A stretch of 64,000 bases of DNA from Alphaproteobacteria bacterium (lineage in GTDB: Bacteria; Pseudomonadota; Alphaproteobacteria; JAPULJ01), in contig DATKZM010000091.1 of assembly GCA_035527975.1 (NCBI GenBank), positions 9,942 to 73,941 of the forward strand, written 5' to 3'. Position 1 is the first letter of the stretch; each line of letters starts with the position of its first letter. Below the pieces are notes generated by a model. That model was not told the origin of the DNA, made no database searches, and saw only the letters and a program-made list of their open reading frames with translations. This document shows positions 8,648 through 17,193 of this stretch, piece after piece. The translations under genes and the position numbers were made by a program.

Positions 8648-10969
8648 CTAGTTCCTGAGCGGCTTGCCGGTGGTCAGCGTGTGCTCGATGCGGGCCAGTG
8701 TCTTTTCGGTGCGCACGAGCTTCATGAACTCCTGCACCTCGAGCTTCAACAACTGGTCTTCGGTGACGGTCTCGGTGATGTCGGTGTCGCCGCCCGACAG
8801 CACGGCGGCGACGCCGCCGGCGACCCTCGCATCATGCCGGGAGGCCTGGCCCTGCTGGACAAAACCGGCAACCGCGAGATCCATGGCCGCCTTCGCGGTC
8901 GGTCCCGGCAGGTTGAGCTCGGCCGGCTCGGGCGGCGCATAGCCCTTTGCCAGCGCCAGTGCCTTGGCCTTGGCGTCGGCCAGCAGCCGGTCGCGGTTCA
9001 TGGTGATGGCGTCGCCGGCGCGCAGGATTTTCATGTCCTGGGCGAGTGCCGCCGAGCGCGACACCGCGGCCGTCGAGATGTATTCGAAGGCCTTGCCGAC
9101 AGCCGGCATGTAGCCGCCCGGCCGCCTCTGGTCGACGGCCCAGCGCGTCACCATCTCCTTGCAGCCGCCCCAGCCCGGCACCAGGCCGACGCCGACCTCG
9201 ACCAGACCGATATAGGCTTCGGCGTGAGCCTGGATCGCGTCGGAATGCAGCAGCACCTCGCAGCCGCCGCCAAGCGCCATGCCGGCCGGCGCGCCGACCA
9301 CGGGGAAGGGCGCGTATTTCAGCTTCTTGTACGTACGCTGGCCCTGCTCGATGCCCTGCTCGATCATCGGCCAGACGCCGACATTGGCGGCGAAGAGCGC
9401 AAGACCGATATTGGCGCCGACGGAAAAATTATCCGCCTCGTTATAGATGACGAGCGCCGTCATATCTTTCCCGACGATGCCGATCGCCTTGTCGATCATC
9501 GCCATGATCTCGCCGTCGATCGCGTTCATCTTGGACGTGAATTCAAGGCAGGCGACACCGTCGCCAATATCCCACAGGCTCGCCGAGGCGTTCTTCGCGA
9601 TCGGCTCGGAGGCGCGCTTGATGTCCTCGAGCTTGAGAACCCCTTCAGGCCGCGTAACGTCGTGGTATTTGCCATCGGTGCCGAAGAACTGCAGCTTGCC
9701 GTTCTCGACGCGGTAGAAGCTGCCTTCGCCAACCTTGCTCAGCAACGCGGGCACCGGCCGGCCTTCTTCGGCGAGCTTGTCCGCGAACCACCTTGCACCC
9801 AGCCGGTCGATCAGCTCGAACGGCCCCCATTTCCAGGCATAGCCGAGCCGCATCGCCTCATCGACCTTGACGATATCGTCGGCGATTTCGGGCACCAACA
9901 GCGCTGCATAGCTGAGCGTGTGCGAGAGCACCGCCCAGGCATAGCCGCCGCCCTTGTCCTCGTGGGTGACCAGCGTCTTCAGATCCTTGCGGCCGGCGCG
10001 CACGCTGGCGAGCTGCGCCTTCACCGAGGGTCTGTACTCGCCGGTCGCAAGGTCGATCGATTCCTTGACGCGGCCGCCGCCGTCGCGGTTCAGCCGGTAA
10101 AAACCGCCCTTGCCCTTGCGGCCGGTATAGCCGTCGTCGATCATCTTCTGGATCTTGTCCGAGGCGCGGTAGAGCGCCTTGTACGGATCGCCGTCGGGCA
10201 CATTGTCGTAGAGCGATTTGGCGACATGCGGCATCAGGTCGAGCCCGACCAGATCCATGAGCCCGAAGATGCCGGTCTTGGGCACGCCCATCGGGCTGCC
10301 GGCAACCGCGTCGGCCTCCTCCACGGTGAGCCCCCGATCCATGGCCTCGTTGATCGCGACTTGGCCGAACAGCGTGCCGATGCGGTTGGCGACGAAGCCC
10401 GGCGTGTCCTTGGCATCGACGATGCCCTTGCCGAGGCGTACGTCTCCGAACGCACGTACGGTCTCGACGACCTCCTTGCGCGACTTGGGTCCCGCGACGA
10501 TCTCAAGCAGCCGCAGATAGCGCGGCGGATTGAAGAAATGCGTGATGACAAAATCCCGCTGGAAGCTCTCCGGCAGACCGCCGGTCAGTTGTGCGAGCGG
10601 GATCGTCGATGTGTTGGAGGAAACAATCGAGCCTTTCTTGCGGTGCGCCTCGAGCTTTTTGTAGAGATCCTGCTTGATGTCGAGCCGCTCGATCACGGCC
10701 TCGACGATCCAGTCCACCTCGCCCAGAGCGTCCAAATCGTCTTCGATATTGGCGGGCGTCACCAACTTCATGGCGCGCGGATGCATGAAGGGCGCGGGGT
10801 CGGTCTTCTTCATGCGCTCGATGGCCTTGCGAGCCACGATCGAGCGGTCGTTCGCGCCCTCGGGCACGATGTCGTAGAGCAGCACCGGCACGCCGGCATT
10901 GGCCAGGTGCGCGGCGATCCCGCCGCCCATCACGCCCGAGCCGATCACGGCTGCTTTCTGGATTTCCAT
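8648..10969 (-). CDS. Bifunctional 3-hydroxyacyl-CoA dehydrogenase / enoyl-CoA hydratase family protein
   Basis: N-terminal NAD-binding motif AAVIGSGVMGGGIA (3HCDH type). A crotonase-like domain lies in the C-terminal third. 773 aa. Confidence 0.9.
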   Translation of the reverse strand: MEIQKAAVIGSGVMGGGIAAHLANAGVPVLLYDIVPEGANDRSIVARKAIERMKKTDPAPFMHPRAMKLVTPANIEDDLDALGEVDWIVEAVIERLDIKQDLYKKLEAHRKKGSIVSSNTSTIPLAQLTGGLPESFQRDFVITHFFNPPRYLRLLEIVAGPKSRKEVVETVRAFGDVRLGKGIVDAKDTPGFVANRIGTLFGQVAINEAMDRGLTVEEADAVAGSPMGVPKTGIFGLMDLVGLDLMPHVAKSLYDNVPDGDPYKALYRASDKIQKMIDDGYTGRKGKGGFYRLNRDGGGRVKESIDLATGEYRPSVKAQLASVRAGRKDLKTLVTHEDKGGGYAWAVLSHTLSYAALLVPEIADDIVKVDEAMRLGYAWKWGPFELIDRLGARWFADKLAEEGRPVPALLSKVGEGSFYRVENGKLQFFGTDGKYHDVTRPEGVLKLEDIKRASEPIAKNASASLWDIGDGVACLEFTSKMNAIDGEIMAMIDKAIGIVGKDMTALVIYNEADNFSVGANIGLALFAANVGVWPMIEQGIEQGQRTYKKLKYAPFPVVGAPAGMALGGGCEVLLHSDAIQAHAEAYIGLVEVGVGLVPGWGGCKEMVTRWAVDQRRPGGYMPAVGKAFEYISTAAVSRSAALAQDMKILRAGDAITMNRDRLLADAKAKALALAKGYAPPEPAELNLPGPTAKAAMDLAVAGFVQQGQASRHDARVAGGVAAVLSGGDTDITETVTEDQLLKLEVQEFMKLVRTEKTLARIEHTLTTGKPLRN

Positions 10970-10992
10970 GTCTCTCCGCTTTCCTGCTGCGC

Positions 10993-11072
10993 CTCATCCT
11001 GAGCCTGTCGAAGGATGAGGGACGCTGTTCCGCGCCTGCCGCCCTCGTGCTTCGACAAGCTCAGCATGAGGG
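10993..11072. repeat. REP-like palindromic elements (ctcatcctgagcctgtcgaaggatgagg and ctcgtgcttcgacaagctcagcatgagg)
   Basis: Two short hairpin-forming units lie between the dehydrogenase/hydratase gene and the thiolase gene. Related units occur at 6724-6752 and 17049-17155. Confidence 0.8.
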
Positions 11073-11099
11073 CTTTGGTTAGGTCGGGAGCAGCCGCCC

Positions 11100-12242
11100 T
11101 CAGACCGCTTCCAGCACCGTGGCGATACCCTGGCCGCCGCCGATACACATCGTCGCAACCGCGTATTTTCCGCCCTCGCGGGCGAGGTTCGATGCCGCCT
11201 TGCCGGTGATACGCGCGCCCGAGGCGCCGAGCGGATGGCCGAGCGCGATGGCGCCGCCGTCGAGGTTCACCTTGGCAGGATCGATGCCGAGCTCCTTGAT
11301 GCAGGCGATCGATTGCGAGGCGAAGGCCTCGTTCAGCTCCATCACGTCGATATCCTCGATCGTGAGGCCAGCACGCTCCAGCGCCTTGCGCGTCGCCTCG
11401 ACGGGACCCATGCCCATGATCTCGGGTTCCAGCCCGGTGCCGGCGATCGCCTTGATGCGCGCGAGGATCGGCAGCTTGTTCTTCTTGGCGTAGTCCTCGG
11501 TGCAGACCAGCACCGCCGAGGCGCCGTCGGTGAGCGGCGAGGAGGTGCCCGCGGTCACCGTGCCGTCCTTGTCGAAGGCGGGCTTCAGGCCCGACAGCGT
11601 TTCCTGACTGCTATCCGCGCGGATGCCGCCATCCTCGTCGACGACGCCGTTATTCGGCGTCTCGATGGGCACGATCTCGTCTTTCAGCTTGCCGGCCTTG
11701 CGCGCGGCCTCGGCTTTTTGGTGGCTGGCGATGGCGAAGTCCTGCTGGATCTCGCGGGTCACTTGGTACTTCTTGGCAACTTCCTCGGCGGTCTGGCCCA
11801 TCGAGTAGTAGGTCTCCGGCCAGCCCGTCGCCAGGTTCGGATTTGGCGAGGGGTTGTAGCCCATCATCGGCACTCGGCTCATCGACTCCACGCCCGCCGC
11901 GATGAAGGCCTCGCCGGCGCCCATCTGGATATCACCCGCGGCCATGTGGATGGCCTGCATCGATGAGCCGCACCAGCGGTTGACCGTGATGCCGCCGGTC
12001 TTGACCGGCAGGTCGGACAGGAAGACGACGTAGCGCCCCATATTGAAGCCCTGCTCGGCCTCGGGCACGGCGCAGCCCAGGATCAGTGTTTCGATGTCGT
12101 CCTTGTTGACGCCGGTCTTCGCGATCAGCGCCTTGACGACCGCGGCGACCAAGTCGTCCGGCCGCACCTTGGTCAGCGTGCCCTTATGCGCGATGCCGAA
12201 GGGCGAGCGGGCATAGCCCGCAATGACGACGTTCTTCTCCAT
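11100..12242 (-). CDS. Acetyl-CoA C-acyltransferase (3-ketoacyl-CoA thiolase)
   Basis: Active-site Cys region NRWCGSSMQA and C-terminal MCIGGGQG motif. 380 aa. Confidence 0.9.
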   Translation of the reverse strand: MEKNVVIAGYARSPFGIAHKGTLTKVRPDDLVAAVVKALIAKTGVNKDDIETLILGCAVPEAEQGFNMGRYVVFLSDLPVKTGGITVNRWCGSSMQAIHMAAGDIQMGAGEAFIAAGVESMSRVPMMGYNPSPNPNLATGWPETYYSMGQTAEEVAKKYQVTREIQQDFAIASHQKAEAARKAGKLKDEIVPIETPNNGVVDEDGGIRADSSQETLSGLKPAFDKDGTVTAGTSSPLTDGASAVLVCTEDYAKKNKLPILARIKAIAGTGLEPEIMGMGPVEATRKALERAGLTIEDIDVMELNEAFASQSIACIKELGIDPAKVNLDGGAIALGHPLGASGARITGKAASNLAREGGKYAVATMCIGGGQGIATVLEAV

Positions 12243-12319
12243 GGTCCTTGCCTTCCTTCACTGACGGGCCGATGCGGTCCCGCGCTACGCCATTTTCACC
12301 CAACCGCCTAACGATTGCC

Positions 12320-12877
12320 CTAATCCAGCAGCGCGACGATGTCGCGGCCGGCGCGGCGCAGAATCTCCTCGTCCCCCGTCAGCCCCATCATCATGATGGC
12401 GCCCTGGACGCGGGCGATCGCATCCTCGGCCAGTTCACGCGCGCGCTCCTCGCCATACTTGCCGGCGAGAATCCGCGTCAATGCCTTCGCCCACTCCTCG
12501 AAATACGTGCGGATGCGCTCGACGAATTCCGGCACGCTGCCGCCCACCTCGAGCGCAAGATTGCCCATCACACAGCCGCCCTCGCGGCCCATGAAATAGC
12601 GCTCCACCGCCTCGCCCAGCGCTCGCAAACGCTCCTTTGGTGTCCGCCCGTCATCGTTGGCGGGCAGGAAAAGCTTGGCGCGCCCGTCCTCGATCACCCG
12701 GTCGAGCGCCGCCACGGCGAGTTCCTTCTTGCCCGGAAAGTAGTGATAGACGCTGCCCTTCAGAAGCCCGCAGGCGCCGCTGATATCCGACATCGACGTA
12801 TGGTGATAGCCCTTCACCCGGAAGAGGGTAAGCGCACCGTCGATGACGTCCTCGCGATCGGTCTTCTTCACGGCCAT
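12320..12877 (-). CDS. TetR/AcrR family transcriptional regulator
   Basis: Start chosen at MAVKKTDREDVIDGALTLFRVKGYHHTSMSDISGACG (HTH region). An alternative ATG lies at 12931. It sits at the promoter-proximal end of the beta-oxidation gene string. Confidence 0.85.
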   Translation of the reverse strand: MAVKKTDREDVIDGALTLFRVKGYHHTSMSDISGACGLLKGSVYHYFPGKKELAVAALDRVIEDGRAKLFLPANDDGRTPKERLRALGEAVERYFMGREGGCVMGNLALEVGGSVPEFVERIRTYFEEWAKALTRILAGKYGEERARELAEDAIARVQGAIMMMGLTGDEEILRRAGRDIVALLD

Positions 12878-12970
12878 AAACGTGCGTACTTCCAGTAGCT
12901 GCGGCGCGCTTTTCTGCGGGTGGCCGGCCATCGCCGGGCCAACCTCGAGCGAATTGGCGAGGAATTTCGT

Positions 12971-12990
12971 CCAACCAAACGTTCGGTTGG
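12971..12990. promoter_or_regulatory. Near-perfect 20-bp palindrome CCAACCAAACGTTCGGTTGG, candidate TetR operator
   Basis: 18 of 20 positions are self-complementary. It lies about 95 bp upstream of the chosen TetR start. Confidence 0.45.
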
Positions 12991-13364
12991 TTCACTGGCA
13001 ATTTATGGACGAGCCGCGATCGTGTCAAGAAGGTTCTTGTAGTGGGTCCGGCAGCCTGCCCCGTAGTGAGTGGTGGCTTTCCATGCCACCCGGCAGCGTG
13101 CCTGTCGGAAATCGTCCCGGCGCAGTATGCAATTTCATCCGCCATCTGATGCGGCAGACCGGCATCCGCCGGTGACGGGAGAGCCGGAAACCCGCCCCCA
13201 TAATGAGCCACCGGCCTTCGCCAACCACCACGACCAGCGCCTTTAAACAAATTTCCACGCCCGTCACCCTGCTTCCTGTTGGCCCGCTTCGCTCGGCCCG
13301 CTAGACTGCGGCCCGTCGCCTGGATCCAGTGGGTGCGCACACAGTTCAGCCAGCAGGAGCGGCC

Positions 13365-13922
13365 ATGTGGCTTTGGGTGGTGATCGGGCTCGCCGTCGTT
13401 TTCGTTCTCGTAATCATTTGGATCTTCAACAAATTCGTGCGCCTGCGCGCGATGTCACGCGAGGGCTGGAGCGGCATCGATGTGCAGCTGAAGCGCCGCT
13501 ACGACCTCGTTCCCAACCTCGTTGAGACGGTCAAAGGCTACAAGATCTACGAAAAGGACGTGCTGACGCGTATCGTCAAGCTGCGTGGCGAGGCGGGCCG
13601 GGAGAGCCACCCCGAGGCGCGCGGCGCAATCGAGGGCGATCTGGCCCAGACTATCGGCCGGCTGTTCGCGGTGGCGGAGAAATATCCCGACCTCAAGGCG
13701 AGCAAGGTCTATCTCGATCTTCAGGAAAAGCTAACCGAGGTCGAGGATCATCTGCAGTATGCCCGGCGCTACTACAATGGCACCGTCCGCAACCTCAACA
13801 TTTACGTCCAGTCGTTTCCGAGCAACCTGATCGCCGCGGTTTTCGGCTTCAAGCGCGCGGAATATTTTCAGCTCGACGCGCCCGAGGAGGGCCTCGCCCC
13901 CGAGGTCAAGCTGGCGAGCTGA
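13365..13922 (+). CDS. LemA family protein
   Basis: Start at MWLWVVIGLAVVF (N-terminal TM helix) with AGGAG 6 nt upstream. The body (NKFVRLRAMSREGWSGIDVQLKRRYDLVPNLVETVKGY...) is typical LemA. Confidence 0.85.
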   Translation: MWLWVVIGLAVVFVLVIIWIFNKFVRLRAMSREGWSGIDVQLKRRYDLVPNLVETVKGYKIYEKDVLTRIVKLRGEAGRESHPEARGAIEGDLAQTIGRLFAVAEKYPDLKASKVYLDLQEKLTEVEDHLQYARRYYNGTVRNLNIYVQSFPSNLIAAVFGFKRAEYFQLDAPEEGLAPEVKLAS

Positions 13923-13941
13923 AGCCCCCTGATACAGGAAT

Positions 13942-15984
13942 TTGCGCATGGCCCAGCGCCTCTTCGCCCCGCTTCATTGGCTCGTCTGCTTTGCCGGCAT
14001 GCTGTTCATCGCCAGCGTCGCCTTTGCCCAATCGACGGAGGAAGGCGAGGGCGAAAGGGGCGGCGGCGGCAGCAGCGGCGGCATGGAGGAAGGCGGCAGC
14101 GGCGCGAGCGGCGGCGGGATCGCGCCGCGCGGCCCGGTCGGGAACCTCTCGTACGAGCGCATCCTCGACTATGCGAGCCGCATCGAGGTCCGCAAGGACG
14201 CCAGCGTCATCGTCACCGAGACGATCCGGGTCGTCGCCGCGGGCCGGCAAATCAAGCGCGGCATCTTCCGCGACCTGCCGCTGCGCTACCGCACACCGAA
14301 CGGCGCGCGCATGCGTGTCGACTTCAAGATCCTCGACATAAAACGCGATGGAAAAACAGAGGCTTACTTCACCGAGAGCCGTTCGAACGGGATCCGGATC
14401 TATATCGGCCGCAAGAGCTATTTTCTGCCGCGCGGGGTTTACACCTACACGATCAAGTACCGCATGAGCCGGATGATCGGCTTCTTCGACGGCTTCGACG
14501 AGATCTACTGGAACGTCACCGGCAACGGCTGGGCCTTCACCATCGAGCAGGCAAGCGCCACCGTGGTCCTGCCGGCCGGCGCCAGCGTGCGTCAGAGCAT
14601 GGCCTATACCGGCCCCCAGGGCGCGCGCGGCACCGCCTATTCGAAACGGCCCGGCGCCGCCCCGACCGAGATGGTGTTCCGCACGACCCGGCGCCTGCGC
14701 GCGCGCGAAGGTTTGTCCGTGGCGGTCGGCTTCACCAAGGGCATCGTGGAGCCGCCTAGCGGGACCACGAAAATGCGGTGGTTCTTCGCCGACAACGCCC
14801 CGGCCATCCTCGGGCTCTTCGGTCTTGTGGTGCTCGGGATATTCTATCTTGTCGCCTGGATCCGGGTCGGCCGCGATCCGGCCAAGGGCGCGATCATCCC
14901 ATTGTATGAGCCGCCCAAGGGGATCTCGCCGGCCGCCGCGCGCTTCATCCGCCGCATGGGCTTCGACAACAAGGCCTTCGCCGCCGCGGTCGTCAACATG
15001 GCGGTCAAGGGCTACCTCACCATCGACGAGGACAAGAAGAAGACGTTCACCTTGAATCGCATCGACGAAGATAAATCGAAGCTCACCAAGGGCGAGCGCG
15101 ACATCGCCAAAAAGCTGTTCCGCTCGAAATCGAAGATCAAGCTGGAGCAGGCGAACCACTCCAAGATCAGCGGCGCGCTCAACGAGCTCAAAGCCTATCT
15201 GCGCCTGGAATTCGAGAAAGCCTATTTCCTCACCAACCGGGGCTACTTCTTCGCCGGCCTCGGCCTCACCGTGCTGGCGGTGGTGATCGCGCTGGCCACG
15301 GCCGAGGATGTGTTTCCCGCCATCTTCCTGGGCTTCTGGCTCAGTGTCTGGACGATCGGCGTCTTCTTCCTCGGCATGCAGGCCTGGAAATCGTGGCGCT
15401 CGGGCAGCTACGTGATGGGCGTGGTCATGACGCTCTTCTTCCTTCCGTTCTTCGCCGGCGAGGTCGCGGGCGCGGTCGGGCTTGGCCAGCTCATCGACTG
15501 GGTGGGCGTCGCGGCGATCCTGGCAATGGGGCTGATGAACGCGGTCTTCTTCCACCTCATGCGGGCGCCGACGCGGATGGGCCGCAAGGTGATGGACCAG
15601 CTCGAAGGCTTCCGGATGTACCTCTCGGTCGCCGAGAAGGACCGCATGAACCTGATGAATCCGCCGGCCGAAACCCCGGAATTGTTCGAGAAATTCCTGC
15701 CCTACGCACTCGCGCTCGATGTCGAGCAGAAATGGAGCGAGCGCTTCGCCGACGTGCTGAAGGCCGCGCGCATGGCCGACGGCACGCCCTATCATCCCTA
15801 CTGGTATCATGGCCATTCCTGGTCGGCGCTGGGCGCGACGGGGCTGGCGAGCGGGCTCGGCGGCGCCTTCAGCGGCGCGATTTCCTCCTCATCGACGGCG
15901 CCGGGATCGTCCTCGGGCTCGGGCGGCGGCGGCGGCGGCTCCTCGGGCGGTGGCGGCGGCGGCGGTGGCGGTGGCGGCTGGTAG
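13942..15984 (+). CDS. DUF2207 domain-containing membrane protein with Gly-rich termini
   Basis: Signal sequence, a large extracytoplasmic domain, several TM helices and the tail GSSSGSGGGGGGSSGGGGGGGGGGGW. The LemA-DUF2207 pairing is a common conserved gene pair. Confidence 0.8.
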   Translation: MRMAQRLFAPLHWLVCFAGMLFIASVAFAQSTEEGEGERGGGGSSGGMEEGGSGASGGGIAPRGPVGNLSYERILDYASRIEVRKDASVIVTETIRVVAAGRQIKRGIFRDLPLRYRTPNGARMRVDFKILDIKRDGKTEAYFTESRSNGIRIYIGRKSYFLPRGVYTYTIKYRMSRMIGFFDGFDEIYWNVTGNGWAFTIEQASATVVLPAGASVRQSMAYTGPQGARGTAYSKRPGAAPTEMVFRTTRRLRAREGLSVAVGFTKGIVEPPSGTTKMRWFFADNAPAILGLFGLVVLGIFYLVAWIRVGRDPAKGAIIPLYEPPKGISPAAARFIRRMGFDNKAFAAAVVNMAVKGYLTIDEDKKKTFTLNRIDEDKSKLTKGERDIAKKLFRSKSKIKLEQANHSKISGALNELKAYLRLEFEKAYFLTNRGYFFAGLGLTVLAVVIALATAEDVFPAIFLGFWLSVWTIGVFFLGMQAWKSWRSGSYVMGVVMTLFFLPFFAGEVAGAVGLGQLIDWVGVAAILAMGLMNAVFFHLMRAPTRMGRKVMDQLEGFRMYLSVAEKDRMNLMNPPAETPELFEKFLPYALALDVEQKWSERFADVLKAARMADGTPYHPYWYHGHSWSALGATGLASGLGGAFSGAISSSSTAPGSSSGSGGGGGGSSGGGGGGGGGGGW

Positions 15985-16071
15985 GAGCGAGCGAGGGCCA
16001 CCGACAAAAAGAGCGCCCGAGATCGTCGATAATTGGCGATGGTCGGTGCGCTTCGGGCGTATAACGCCGTT

Positions 16072-16902
16072 ATGCAATCGTTCGCGCGCGCATTCCTGAT
16101 CCTCGCATCTCTAGCAGTCCTCGCGGCACCCGCCAGCGCGCGCGGTCCCCGCGATGTCGCTTACGGGCCTGACCCGCGCCATCGGCTCGATCTGTTTCTT
16201 CCTGCCAGCGAGGCGGCGGCGCGGGCGACCGGAACCCCGCGCAAGACGCTCATCTTCATCCATGGCGGCGGCTGGCGGCGCGGCACCAAGGACCGCTACG
16301 GTTTCGTTGGTCGCAGCTTTTCGCAAGCCGGCTATGTCGTGGTGCTGGTGAATTACCGGCTCTATCCCCAGGTGCGTTTTCCGGCATTCGTCGACGATGC
16401 CGCGCGCGCGGTCGCCTGGGTGCGCACGAACGTACGCCGATACGGCGGCGATCCCGACCGGATCTACCTCATGGGCCATTCGGCCGGCGCGCATATCGCA
16501 GCGCTGCTGGCGCTCGATCCGCACTATCTGGGCGCGGCCGGCGTGCCGCGCACGGCAATCGGCGGCATGATCGGACTGGCAGGACCGTATGTTTTCCACC
16601 CTGAGCGCGTGCCACGGCTGGCGCCGATCTTCGCCGCACATCCGCGGCCAAACGCCCGGCCGGTCGCAGTTACCGATAATGGCGGGCCACCGCTGCTGCT
16701 GCTTTCAGCCGGCCTCGACATGGTCGTCGGCCGCCGAAACGGTCCCGGTCTTGCCGCCGCCTATCGCCGCGCCGGCGGCCGGGCAACCGCGCGCAGCTAT
16801 CCCGCAATCGGGCACGGCCAGATCGTGATCGCAATCTCTGAATTCTTCCAAGGCTTGGCGCCGGTGGTTCCGGACGTCGTCAAGTTCATCGGCAAGCCGT
16901 GA
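16072..16902 (+). CDS. Alpha/beta hydrolase (esterase/lipase type), secreted
   Basis: Signal peptide MQSFARAFLILASLAVLAAPASA, oxyanion motif HGGGW and nucleophile elbow GHSAGA. Alternative upstream starts lie at 16033 and 16039. Confidence 0.8.
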   Translation: MQSFARAFLILASLAVLAAPASARGPRDVAYGPDPRHRLDLFLPASEAAARATGTPRKTLIFIHGGGWRRGTKDRYGFVGRSFSQAGYVVVLVNYRLYPQVRFPAFVDDAARAVAWVRTNVRRYGGDPDRIYLMGHSAGAHIAALLALDPHYLGAAGVPRTAIGGMIGLAGPYVFHPERVPRLAPIFAAHPRPNARPVAVTDNGGPPLLLLSAGLDMVVGRRNGPGLAAAYRRAGGRATARSYPAIGHGQIVIAISEFFQGLAPVVPDVVKFIGKP

Positions 16903-17048
16903 GGCGGGCGCAGTCGGGAGCGGCCGAACGGCCTCCGAACATCCAGAAACGGTTATCTGAACACCGGGTGCTGTCTTAGCTGTCTTGTCGCAAGCGCCCC
17001 AAGCGTTTCATCTGTGCCAAGTGTCTCATGCGCGGGTCTTGCGGATCG

Positions 17049-17155
17049 TCCTTCGAGGCTCGCTCGCGCTCGCACCTCAGGATAAGCCTCTCAATTTGGA
17101 CCAATCCACTAAGGCTCATCCTGAGGTGCCGCCGCAAGGCGGCCTCGAAGGATGG
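17049..17155. repeat. Two inverted copies of a REP-like unit (atcctgaggt...cctcgaagga)
   Basis: tccttcgaggctcgctcgcgctcgcacctcaggat (17049-17083) and ctcatcctgaggtgccgccgcaaggcggcctcgaaggatgg (17115-17155), between convergent genes. Confidence 0.8.
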
Positions 17156-17193
17156 ATGCGCAGCGGGTTTGGCTCCCGCGGACGTCCGACCCC

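Noticed and set aside
8006-11002. 998-aa plus-strand ORF covering the acyl-CoA dehydrogenase and dehydrogenase/hydratase genes
   Set aside because: It is antisense to two well-supported genes. Its translation is low-complexity and Arg/Gly/Asp/His-rich with no recognisable motifs, the typical shadow ORF of a high-GC genome.
13200-13250. B12-box-like string gAGCCGGAAACCCGCC suggesting a cobalamin riboswitch
   Set aside because: It matches the B12-box consensus only loosely. I could not find the expected upstream GGGAA..GGUG..CC core, and neither flanking gene (TetR, LemA) is a known B12-regulated type. I kept it only as part of the generic 'structured intergenic region' finding.
13906-15816. 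636-aa minus-strand ORF opposite the DUF2207 gene
   Set aside because: Antisense shadow ORF with biased composition (runs of A, E, D, R) and no domain signature. The plus-strand gene has a signal peptide, TM helices and a conserved partner (LemA).
15880-15984. GGC-rich simple repeat looking like a microsatellite
   Set aside because: It is in frame and encodes the poly-Gly tail of the DUF2207 protein. It is treated as coding and mentioned under that finding.
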